Source of the DNA: a virus
IMG/VR virus record: IMGVR_UViG_3300021976_000006
Coordinates: 30,232 to 94,231 of that record
Reading direction: 5' to 3' (one strand)
Length of the DNA: 64,000 nucleotides
Shown here: piece by piece, positions 40,483 through 49,409 of the stretch
How the letters are laid out: every line of letters starts with the position of its first letter
How positions within the stretch are numbered: position 1 is the first letter of the stretch
The notes under the pieces: generated by a model
Database searches by the model: none
What the model was told of the DNA's origin: nothing
The model's input: the letters and a program-made list of their open reading frames with translations, nothing else
Position numbers and translations under genes: made by a program

Positions 40483-41439
40483 ATGAAAAGAATAAATAAC
40501 CTCTATAATGATATTTGTAGTATTAATAATCTTATTCTAGCTGATAAAAAAGCTAGAATAGGAAAGTTAAAACAACTAGATATTATAAAACACGATAAAG
40601 CAAAAGGATGTAATATTTTAAAACTTCATAATATATTAATGGAGGAAAAATATAAAACATCTAAATATCATATATTTACTATATATGAAGGTAAGAAAAG
40701 AGAAATATATAAATTACCATATTATCCTGATAGAATAGTTCATCATGCTATTATGAATAAACTTGAATCTATTTTTGTATCTATATTTATTTCTAATACA
40801 TTTAATTGTATTAAAAATAGAGGAATAATGGGAGCTTATAAAGCTGTTAAAAAATCATTATTAGATATAGAAAATACTCAATATTGTTTAAAATTAGATA
40901 TAAGAAAATTTTATCCTAATATTAATAATAATATTTTAAAACTATTATTAAGAAAAAAGTTCAAAGATGAAAAATTACTAAAATTATTAGATGAAATTAT
41001 TAATAGTACAAAAGGACTACCAATTGGAAATTATTTAAGTCAATATTTTGCTAATTTTTATTTAACATATTTTGATCATTGGTTAAAAGAAATTAAAGGT
41101 GTTAAATATTATTTTAGATATTGTGATGATTTAGTTATATTATCTAGTAATAAGGAATATTTACATTTGCTATTTTTAGATATTCAAGATTATTTATCAA
41201 ATATATTAAAATTAGAAATTAAAAAAAACTATCAAATATTTCCAGTTAATATAAGAGGTATTGATTTTGTTGGTTATAAATTTTATCATAAATATATTTT
41301 ACTTAGAAAATCTATAAAGAAAAGATTCATTAAAGTTGCAAAATATAGTAAAGCTATACAATCATTAGCTGCTTATTTTGGATGGTTAAAATATTGTAAT
41401 AGCATAAACTTAAGAAATAAATATTTAAAAGATGAATAA
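40483..41439 (+). CDS. DGR-type reverse transcriptase
   Basis: YYPDRIVHHA, LKLDIRKFY, GLPIGNYLSQ (SQ signature of DGR RTs), YFRYCDD, GIDFVGY; 318 aa with no maturase, endonuclease or RNase H domain. Confidence 0.95.
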   Translation: MKRINNLYNDICSINNLILADKKARIGKLKQLDIIKHDKAKGCNILKLHNILMEEKYKTSKYHIFTIYEGKKREIYKLPYYPDRIVHHAIMNKLESIFVSIFISNTFNCIKNRGIMGAYKAVKKSLLDIENTQYCLKLDIRKFYPNINNNILKLLLRKKFKDEKLLKLLDEIINSTKGLPIGNYLSQYFANFYLTYFDHWLKEIKGVKYYFRYCDDLVILSSNKEYLHLLFLDIQDYLSNILKLEIKKNYQIFPVNIRGIDFVGYKFYHKYILLRKSIKKRFIKVAKYSKAIQSLAAYFGWLKYCNSINLRNKYLKDE

Positions 41440-41827
41440 GAAAGAAGCAGAAAAAGCTTTAAATAAGCTACAATTAGAAGTTAATAAACTCAGAGATATA
41501 ATAGATGCTCCTGAAAGTTTATTTGATATTACTACATATACAGAAGTATGTAAAAGATTAAATATTACAGAGAAGTCTTTAAGTGAATTTGAAACTCTTA
41601 AAGAGTATAGATACCATCAGATATTAAATATTCAGAAATTATTCAATGAAGATGCTGTAAATCCTAGATGGTATCCTTGGTTCTCTAGAACTGGTTCTGG
41701 TCTGGTTTTCTTCATTTCTTCCTGCTTCAGTGACTGCTACTATGGGCAGGTTGCTTACTTCAAAGATAAAAAAACCTCTGATTATATAGGTAAGACATTT
41801 AAATTTATCTATAACGATTTAAAATAA
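41432..41827 (+). CDS. DGR target protein 2 (131 aa), paralog of target 1
   Basis: Overlaps the RT stop; contains VR2; shares Y..VCK.L...F....HQ..NI..LFN....Y.W(F/Y)...YFKD..T..Y...TF..I with target 1. Confidence 0.9.
   Translation: MNKKEAEKALNKLQLEVNKLRDIIDAPESLFDITTYTEVCKRLNITEKSLSEFETLKEYRYHQILNIQKLFNEDAVNPRWYPWFSRTGSGLVFFISSCFSDCYYGQVAYFKDKKTSDYIGKTFKFIYNDLK
41689..41756 (+). repeat. DGR variable repeat VR2
   Basis: 68-nt match to 41846-41913; all 18 mismatches at template A. Confidence 0.93.
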
Positions 41828-41845
41828 TAATATAGGTCAATATTA

Positions 41846-41913
41846 AACTAGTTCTAGTCTAGTTTTCAACAATTCTAACTACAACAATGACAACTACAAT
41901 GAGCAAGTTACTT
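41846..41913 (+). repeat. DGR template repeat TR2
   Basis: Intergenic A-rich copy of VR2, distinct in sequence from TR1. Confidence 0.93.
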
Positions 41914-42041
41914 TTACTTTAACAATATTGATGTTGACCATAGCTCTTGCTAAAAAAATAAAATTAATAAAAAAGTCTTTAGTAATATTTATGAAAGAGA
42001 CTTATAAAAGTAAAATTAATATTAAAAACCTAAATTAAATA

Positions 42042-42530
42042 ATGAAGAAATTACTATACTTTGCTTATGGTAGCAATTTACTAAGTGCTAGATTAAGAGC
42101 TAGAATTGGTAGTGCTATCCATTTTAAGAACTATCGACTCAAAGACTATAAACTAACATTTGATTGTCAAGGATATGCTAATATACAAAGATCTATTGGA
42201 GATCATGTAGAAGGATGTTTATACAGTGTATCAGGTGAAGAATTAGCAATGTTAAATCAATATGAAGCTTTATATCATGCAGAGTTCTTTGAGTATGATT
42301 CTGATACTATAATTGCTATTTATATTGGTAATTATGAACCTGTTAAACACTCAAGAGTACATAATTTAGCTCCAATGAGAGCATACTTAGAAATTGTTAT
42401 GTTAGGTATGTTAGAGAAAGGATTAAAGCTATCTCATGACAAAGTTAAAAGGATTTATGATTCATTACCATTAGAAAGAGTTCATATTAAGTCTAACAGA
42501 AAAGCTAAACGCTTTAGAAAAAGAAAATAA
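42042..42530 (+). CDS. Gamma-glutamylcyclotransferase (AIG2/GGCT-like)
   Basis: YFAYGSNL...ANI...VEGCLY...LNQYE. Confidence 0.85.
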   Translation: MKKLLYFAYGSNLLSARLRARIGSAIHFKNYRLKDYKLTFDCQGYANIQRSIGDHVEGCLYSVSGEELAMLNQYEALYHAEFFEYDSDTIIAIYIGNYEPVKHSRVHNLAPMRAYLEIVMLGMLEKGLKLSHDKVKRIYDSLPLERVHIKSNRKAKRFRKRK

Positions 42531-42642
42531 CCAGTAAAATGTGCCTTTTTAAGGTAGAGGAACAATAACGTATTTGAGTAGCCAAAAGCTAATGTCAAAT
42601 GGAACAACCTCATAGCTTCATTTAGTTATCAATTTACACCCA

Positions 42643-42750
42643 GGTAGGATAGTATAAATTATATATAAAATACTTTGATATTTTATATATTTCTGGAATT
42701 ACGATAGGCTCGTTGTCTTATTGATGGTGATTCGAGTTCACCTCCTACAA
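42643..42750 (+). ncRNA. tRNA-like element / pseudo-tRNA
   Basis: GTAGGA/TCCTAC acceptor, canonical T-arm GGTGA-TTCGAGT-TCACC, 8-nt anticodon-like loop, ~30-nt hairpin inserted in the D-loop. Confidence 0.5.
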
Positions 42751-42889
42751 CAAAGTAGTAATACTTAGTAAGTTGATTATCTGATCTTACTTTAAATAAA
42801 ACAGGTTGTGGTTAAGTGATGAAAGATTTGTGAAATAAATGGTTAACTGGTAGGTAGTTTTTATCTACCAGTTATTTAAAATAAAAAAT

Positions 42890-43591
42890 ATGTACAATTT
42901 AGATACAAATATATTAGGTTTATTGAATAAGCCTGATAGTGAAGAGAAAGTTAAGGAACTATTGTCAGATTGGACATCCCAATTAGCAGATAGAACAATT
43001 AGATTTAGAAAAGATCAATCTCCTAGAAGTTTTAAAGATTTATTATATAAATTCTTTTACGAAAAAATACCTACTTATGAAGGTAGATCAAAACAATGTG
43101 ATCAAGGTAGAAGAAGAAGTTTAATAGATTTCTTTATGTTACAAAAGCATTATTTAGTTAAACCATTATCTATAGAAGAATGTTATGATATATATTTTAA
43201 TAGACTTAATAGAAGTGTAGATGATTATGCTAAAAGGCTAAAAACAATGGCTTACGGTGATATATATATACAAAACTCAATAATGAGAGAATTAACTCAT
43301 TATTATTGTCCTACTGTAAAGAGAAATGTATTTATTAAACATGTTCCTTATGAACCAATATTCTATGATGAAAATTATAGAAGAATAATTAAAGAAGACA
43401 CTAGAACTATTGATCAAAAATATAAAGATGACAAATTAGATCAATTTGATAAATATGACGCTAAAATAACTAGTGATAGAAGAAAAGTATCAGAAGTTAT
43501 ATCAGATACTATTGAAATAACCAAAGAGAAAATTGGTAAAATAAATATTAAAATGGCTACTAGACTACCTATGTTTAGTAATAACACTTGA
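42890..43591 (+). CDS. Hypothetical protein (paralog of 46111-46599)
   Basis: Shares FF...TY...C....RRS..D and YC....K.V motifs. Confidence 0.55.
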   Translation: MYNLDTNILGLLNKPDSEEKVKELLSDWTSQLADRTIRFRKDQSPRSFKDLLYKFFYEKIPTYEGRSKQCDQGRRRSLIDFFMLQKHYLVKPLSIEECYDIYFNRLNRSVDDYAKRLKTMAYGDIYIQNSIMRELTHYYCPTVKRNVFIKHVPYEPIFYDENYRRIIKEDTRTIDQKYKDDKLDQFDKYDAKITSDRRKVSEVISDTIEITKEKIGKINIKMATRLPMFSNNT

Positions 43592-43680
43592 AGAGATACA
43601 AATCCTAGATTTACTAATAAATCAAAAGGATTTAAAACATATAATAGAAAAATTATTAAATAATAAACTTAAAACTAATT

Positions 43681-44826
43681 ATGAAACAGTATAAATTAAT
43701 AAAAGAATATCCCGGATCTCTTAAATTAAATGTAAAAATACATAGAAACTTTGAAACAGGTTATGGATATAGCTGGGTTGGTGGAGGTATTATACATGGA
43801 GGATTAACAGATGAACATGTATATAATAATCCAGAATTTTGGGAGGAAATAGTTGAAAAAGATTATGAAGTATTAGCTATAATAGGAAATACATCTGGTA
43901 TAATTTACAATTTAGATGGTAATAAATTCATTGATAAAGATGGATATAAAATAACTAATTTTCCACATAATAATAGTGGTTGTAAAATTCTTACTGTAAA
44001 ACGCTTATATGATAATCAAATATTTATAGTGGGAGATGATATTCTTGAACAAAATGAACATTCTAAAATAGAATATTTTGAATTAAGAGGAGATGATTTA
44101 GTTTTAAGAATTAATCATCAGGTAACCAAAGGATCATCAACTATTGATATTAATAGTAAATTTGAGAAATATGTTCCTAAAGATTATGAGATATTATCTT
44201 TTAGAGATAAAAATGGTACTGGTATTTTTAAATCAGCATTAGTAATTAGAACCTCTAAAAATTTATTTGGTTGGGAATTTAACCAAACTGCTGGATATAG
44301 TACTGAAGAAGATATGTTATTAACTATTGAACAAAATGTATTTGAAATTCATTCAGTAAAAAGATTATCAGACGGAGAAGTATTTACTATCGGTGATAAG
44401 ATAGAAAATATAAAATATGATACTGTTCGAGGAAATATAAACAAAATAATATTAGAAGATGGTTATATTCAAATATGGTATAAATGTAATACAAATTCAT
44501 TTGATAGATTAGAAAATATATATATAATTACAAATCCATTATTCAAAACAGAAGACGGTGTTGATATATTTGTAGGTGATACTATTTATTGTGTATCTCT
44601 TTATTCATTTGCTTTATGGAATGGAAAAATGAGTACAACTAATTATAGAACTTATTATCATAAGAGAAATAAAACGTTTTCAACTAAAGAAGCAGCGGAA
44701 GAATATATTATAATGAATAAACCTTGTTTATCTTTAGAAGATGTGTATGGATGTACAGAAACACATTCTATGACACTTGCTGCATGTACTTTAACAAAAT
44801 TAGTAAAATCAAGAATATGCCAATAG
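43681..44826 (+). CDS. Hypothetical protein with internal domain duplication
   Basis: KDYE(V/I)L and VKRL.D...F.(V/I)GD each occur twice. Confidence 0.6.
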   Translation: MKQYKLIKEYPGSLKLNVKIHRNFETGYGYSWVGGGIIHGGLTDEHVYNNPEFWEEIVEKDYEVLAIIGNTSGIIYNLDGNKFIDKDGYKITNFPHNNSGCKILTVKRLYDNQIFIVGDDILEQNEHSKIEYFELRGDDLVLRINHQVTKGSSTIDINSKFEKYVPKDYEILSFRDKNGTGIFKSALVIRTSKNLFGWEFNQTAGYSTEEDMLLTIEQNVFEIHSVKRLSDGEVFTIGDKIENIKYDTVRGNINKIILEDGYIQIWYKCNTNSFDRLENIYIITNPLFKTEDGVDIFVGDTIYCVSLYSFALWNGKMSTTNYRTYYHKRNKTFSTKEAAEEYIIMNKPCLSLEDVYGCTETHSMTLAACTLTKLVKSRICQ

Positions 44827-45247
44827 AATTAATAATACTTATTACTTATATTATAATAGCAATAATAGCAGCAGCTATAGCAAATGTATATTTTCCTTTT
44901 AATCAAGGAGATAATCCACCAGAATTTATTTTTGGAATGCTTTGGCCATTAGTTATAGTAATATTTACAGTTCATTTACCTTATAAATATTTAGTAATTT
45001 TAATACAAAACCTTAAAAATCATGTTAATACCAAAGAATAACTATTTAAAAAATGTATCAACATTCTTTATTGAATTGTTGAATTTTACTATGATGATAT
45101 TCATAGTTTTTGTGTCAATTATATTATCTTCATTGGTAATAGAATTTGCAAAGTTTCAAGAAGTTTGGGCTAATTTATTCATAATGGTAGGTACATTAGT
45201 ATTTGCATTAAGATTAACTTATTTTCTAAAGATTAAATCACAATTAG

Positions 45248-45628
45248 ATGAAATCACTTGAAATAACGAATAACCAAAAATTGATGATTCTGGAAATGGC
45301 TAAAAAGTTGTTTCCAGAATTTGATATTTTATTTAATCAAGTGGGTTTTGAAGATTATGTGTTTTTTGATATAAAAGATGAACAATCTGATAATTTATTT
45401 AGGATTATTGATAGTAATCATCCTATACAAAAAGAAGAATGTAGAATTCATTGGTTTGAATTTTGTATGGTACATTTACCTGAAAGATTCTATCCAAAAT
45501 ATGACACATTTATAAATGGTACAGGAGCCGATTTTTCTGAAGATCATTTTGCAGAATGTATTATACGCAAATTAGAACACCCTGTAGAATATATTTATAA
45601 ACAATTTAAAAATATGTATTCAAAATGA
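45248..45628 (+). CDS. Hypothetical protein
   Basis: ORF track, coupled to neighbours. Confidence 0.5.
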   Translation: MKSLEITNNQKLMILEMAKKLFPEFDILFNQVGFEDYVFFDIKDEQSDNLFRIIDSNHPIQKEECRIHWFEFCMVHLPERFYPKYDTFINGTGADFSEDHFAECIIRKLEHPVEYIYKQFKNMYSK

Positions 45629-45793
45629 TTGGTATAATTAGTAAAGCAGTTAAACCAGAAGAGGCGTTAAAGATGATAAATAGATTTATATCATCATCCT
45701 TATTTGGTGAGGCCTCTACTAAAGAAAAAGAATTATTAGTAAGAATAAAACAAGAGTTAAAAAAACAAATAAATAATAAACTAAAACTTTCAA

Positions 45794-46111
45794 ATGATGA
45801 ATAATCAAGAAAAAAAACCATTGTATTTCTATGGTCAAAAACCATATACTGTAACTAAAAATAATAAAAAAGAGAAAATTGTTCGTCGTTTTGCATTAGC
45901 TGGTCTAATTGGTAATGATGGCATAATTAGTATTGGTAAAGCTGTATGTTCTGAAAAGGACATATTTACAAAGAAAAAAGCAAGAGCTATTGCTACTGGT
46001 AGAGCTGGTAAAAAACAAAAGCAAGAAGGCTTGTTAAAAGTAAAAGAAGGAGAAACTCCTGGTGCTAGTTTTGTAAATTATGCTAAAAAATATCAAAAAG
46101 AGGAGGAATAG
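45794..46111 (+). CDS. Conserved phage protein
   Basis: G.AVCS..D.F.KK.AR.IA..RA pattern seen in many phage small proteins. Confidence 0.55.
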   Translation: MMNNQEKKPLYFYGQKPYTVTKNNKKEKIVRRFALAGLIGNDGIISIGKAVCSEKDIFTKKKARAIATGRAGKKQKQEGLLKVKEGETPGASFVNYAKKYQKEEE

Positions 46112-46599
46112 TGGATTTACGCGATAAAGTGGCGTTAACAAAAGAAGCAGTATTAGAAAAAATACAAAAAGCAGAAAACTATTATAAAACTCTTGAGAAA
46201 CTTGAATTTAGGAAATTACCTTCAGATAAAGTTAAGATGAGAAAAGATAATACAGCTGAAAGCTTTGTAAGAAAGTTCTTTGACAAATTTAATACTGAAT
46301 TTGCTACATATTACTCTGTAAGTGGTAATTTATATTGTAATATTGATACTCGTAGAAGTATTGGTGATGTATATCGTACAGCACAATGTTATTTAGGTAA
46401 GAAAATTACTCTAAAAGATATTATGATTGAAACATATAAACGTGTATTAGATCAAAAAATATGTGAGAACTATTGTTATCAAATAAATAAAAGAGTATAT
46501 AAAGAACGTGGTCCAAATAAAAATGGACAATATTATGACCCATCACAATTAGATGAGTTTGGATTAACCAAAGCTCATTATGATTTACTAATTAGTTAA
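46111..46599 (+). CDS. Hypothetical protein (paralog of 42890-43591)
   Basis: Shared motifs as above. Confidence 0.55.
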   Translation: MDLRDKVALTKEAVLEKIQKAENYYKTLEKLEFRKLPSDKVKMRKDNTAESFVRKFFDKFNTEFATYYSVSGNLYCNIDTRRSIGDVYRTAQCYLGKKITLKDIMIETYKRVLDQKICENYCYQINKRVYKERGPNKNGQYYDPSQLDEFGLTKAHYDLLIS

Positions 46600-46616
46600 A
46601 CAAAAAAATCTTTCAC

Positions 46617-47384
46617 ATGTCACAAAAAAAGAAATTATTAATAGGTATTCCAGGATTTAGTAACTCTGATAAAATGTTTGGTGTAACTGGTAATTATATG
46701 CATTTTGCCAATAAATATGGTAATGTGCGTATTATTATGCCACATGAAGAGTTCGTAGAAGTGGACTTATTAATATTACCAGGAGGACTGGATTTATCTC
46801 CAAGTTCATATGGAAAAATCCCTGGTTATCAAACGTCAAACCATGATGTATTTAAAGAATATTTCTTTAAAAATAGGCTAGCAACCTATGTAGAAAAAGG
46901 TACACCTATCTTTGGTATTTGTTTAGGTTTTCAAAGTCTTAATGTTTTCTTTGGTGGAACATTAACTCAAAATTTACCTTTTCATCCACAAAGCCGTAAT
47001 AGATGGGAAGCAGCTCATGAGGTGATTTTAACTCAACAATATATACAATATCTTAAGAAACATCCTAAGCCAAAAACTAAGGATGAGAAAAAGAATATTC
47101 CAACTATTGAAGTTAATTCACATCACCATCAAGCTGTATGTATAACTACGAATGATGCTAATGAAATAATAAAAAGCGATCTTGCTAAAGGTTTCTATAT
47201 GGTAGCACATTATCCAGAAAGTTATGATACAAACGTTGTAGAAGCATTCAAACATGAAACTCTTCCTATTGCAGGAGTTCAATATCACCCTGAAGAATTC
47301 TTTGATGTTATATCTGATCAATTGATAAGGTCTATTTTACCTAAAGAGGTAGAAGAACCAAAGGAACAGTTAGAAGTTCAATAA
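46617..47384 (+). CDS. Class I glutamine amidotransferase / peptidase C26
   Basis: LPGGLD, GICLGFQ, VNSHHHQAV, GVQYHPE catalytic triad. Confidence 0.9.
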   Translation: MSQKKKLLIGIPGFSNSDKMFGVTGNYMHFANKYGNVRIIMPHEEFVEVDLLILPGGLDLSPSSYGKIPGYQTSNHDVFKEYFFKNRLATYVEKGTPIFGICLGFQSLNVFFGGTLTQNLPFHPQSRNRWEAAHEVILTQQYIQYLKKHPKPKTKDEKKNIPTIEVNSHHHQAVCITTNDANEIIKSDLAKGFYMVAHYPESYDTNVVEAFKHETLPIAGVQYHPEEFFDVISDQLIRSILPKEVEEPKEQLEVQ

Positions 47385-47478
47385 AAAATAATAAGTAGTA
47401 GGTGCGTGTGCGTATTAGCAGGCTTAATTTGGGCTATTGGTCAACCTACTACTTATTTATTAAAAGAGAGGGAGATTA

Positions 47479-49392
47479 GTGAGTGAGGAAATAAAAGATA
47501 GAAAAACGTTTGTATATGATATTGAAACAATTAAATCAGTATTCACGTATACAGCTATTAATATCGATACACTAGAAATAGTAAAATATGTAATACATAA
47601 AGAAAGAAATGATTTATTTTTATTAATAAAACATTTAAAACAATGTAAAGGATTAATTGGATTTAATAATCTCAATTTTGATTATCCAATAATACATATG
47701 ATACTAACAGATCATATTGATTGGTTAGATTTTTCTAATGAAGAAGTAATTGATATTATATATAGAAAAGCTCAATATATAATTAATGGTCAAAATCAAG
47801 AAGGATTTTTTCCTTCAATAAGAGATAAAGAAGTTATAATTCCACAACTAGATTTATTTAGAGTTTGGCATTATAATAATAAAGCTAGAATGACATCATT
47901 AAAATCTTTACAGATTAGTATGAATTATCCAAATGTATTGGATATGCCTATTCATCATAGTAAAGAAGATGTAACTATAGAAGAAGTAGAAGAAATTCTA
48001 AAATACAATCTTAATGATGTGCTATCAACTTTTGAATTCTATAAGAAATCAATTGAGAAAGTAGCATTAAGAAAACAAATACAAGCTAAATATAAAATAC
48101 CTTGTATTAACTATAGTGATAGTAAAATAGGTGAAAGCTTATTATTAAGTTTATATAGTAATCAAACTGGTGAGAATTCTTGGGACATTAAGAAATTAAG
48201 ATCTTATAGAAGTTCAATAGCCTTTAAAGATATTATACTAGACTACATTAAATTTGAATCAAAAGAGTTCAATGAACTACTAAGTTATCTAAAGAACAGA
48301 ACAATAACAGAAACTAAAAAAGCTTTTGAAAAATCTGTAAGATATAAGGGATTTCAATATGATTATGGTACTGGTGGTATTCATGGCTGTATAAAATCTG
48401 GAGTGTATGAATCTGATGATAAATATATAATAATAGATGCTGATGTCGCTTCTCTATATCCTAATGTAGCAATTAAGAATAGAATGTACATAGAGCATCT
48501 AGGAGAGACTTTCATTGATCTATATGATAAAGATATAGTACAAGAAAGATTAAGAGCTAAGAAAGCAGGAGAGATGTCTATTTCAGATGCTCTTAAGTTA
48601 AGTGCTAATAGTGTATATGGTAAATCAAATGATGAGAATAGTTTTCTCTATGATCCTAAATATACTATGGCTACAACTATTAATGGTCAATTATTGCTAA
48701 CTATGTTAGCAGAGATGATTGTTGATGGTGTTAAAGATATAACAGTACTTCAGGTTAATACTGATGGTATAACTGTTAGAATTCCTAGAGAACAACAAGA
48801 AGTATACTATGCTTATTGTAAAGAATGGGAAAAGAAAACTAATTTAGATTTAGAATATGTTGAATATTCTAAAATGGTAATTAGAGACGTCAATAATTAT
48901 ATTAGTGTTAAATTAGACGGTAAAACTAAAAATAAAGGTGCTTTTGAAATTAATAAAATAGTTGGTAATGAACCAGCTTATCATAAAGATAATAGTTTTA
49001 AGGTAATACCTATTGCTATTGAGAAGTATTTTGTTGAAGGAATTCCTGTTTCTGATACTATTTATAATCATAAAAATATATATGATTTTTGTGGTAGACA
49101 GAAATTTGGAAGAGATTCATCAGGAGAAATTCATTATCTTGAAAATTCTACTATTAAAATAGAAAAACAACAAAAGAATGTTAGATATTATATATCTAAA
49201 TCTGGAAAATCCTTTGTAAAGAAATATACAAAAGGTTCAAATGAGGCAATAAATAAAGGATTTCAAGTTGAAATCTTTAATGAATATATAGAAAAAGATA
49301 TTAAAGATTATAATATAAATTATAGTTTTTATATTAATGAGGCATATAAGATTATATATGCTGTTCAAAATGATCAAATAGCACTTTTATAA
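47479..49392 (+). CDS. DNA polymerase family B
   Basis: Exo I YDIET, FNNLNFD, DVASLYP, KLSANSVYGK, NTDG. Confidence 0.93.
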   Translation: MSEEIKDRKTFVYDIETIKSVFTYTAINIDTLEIVKYVIHKERNDLFLLIKHLKQCKGLIGFNNLNFDYPIIHMILTDHIDWLDFSNEEVIDIIYRKAQYIINGQNQEGFFPSIRDKEVIIPQLDLFRVWHYNNKARMTSLKSLQISMNYPNVLDMPIHHSKEDVTIEEVEEILKYNLNDVLSTFEFYKKSIEKVALRKQIQAKYKIPCINYSDSKIGESLLLSLYSNQTGENSWDIKKLRSYRSSIAFKDIILDYIKFESKEFNELLSYLKNRTITETKKAFEKSVRYKGFQYDYGTGGIHGCIKSGVYESDDKYIIIDADVASLYPNVAIKNRMYIEHLGETFIDLYDKDIVQERLRAKKAGEMSISDALKLSANSVYGKSNDENSFLYDPKYTMATTINGQLLLTMLAEMIVDGVKDITVLQVNTDGITVRIPREQQEVYYAYCKEWEKKTNLDLEYVEYSKMVIRDVNNYISVKLDGKTKNKGAFEINKIVGNEPAYHKDNSFKVIPIAIEKYFVEGIPVSDTIYNHKNIYDFCGRQKFGRDSSGEIHYLENSTIKIEKQQKNVRYYISKSGKSFVKKYTKGSNEAINKGFQVEIFNEYIEKDIKDYNINYSFYINEAYKIIYAVQNDQIALL

Positions 49393-49409
49393 ATAAATTT
49401 AAATACATC

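Larger units (their letters stand above)
39809..42013 (+). mobile_element. Diversity-generating retroelement with two TR/VR cassettes and one RT
   Basis: Order: target1(VR1)-TR1-RT-target2(VR2)-TR2. Confidence 0.9.

Noticed and set aside
40483-41439. RT as group II intron, retron or Abi RT
   Set aside because: It has the DGR SQ motif, no maturase or endonuclease domain and two adenine-specific TR/VR pairs.
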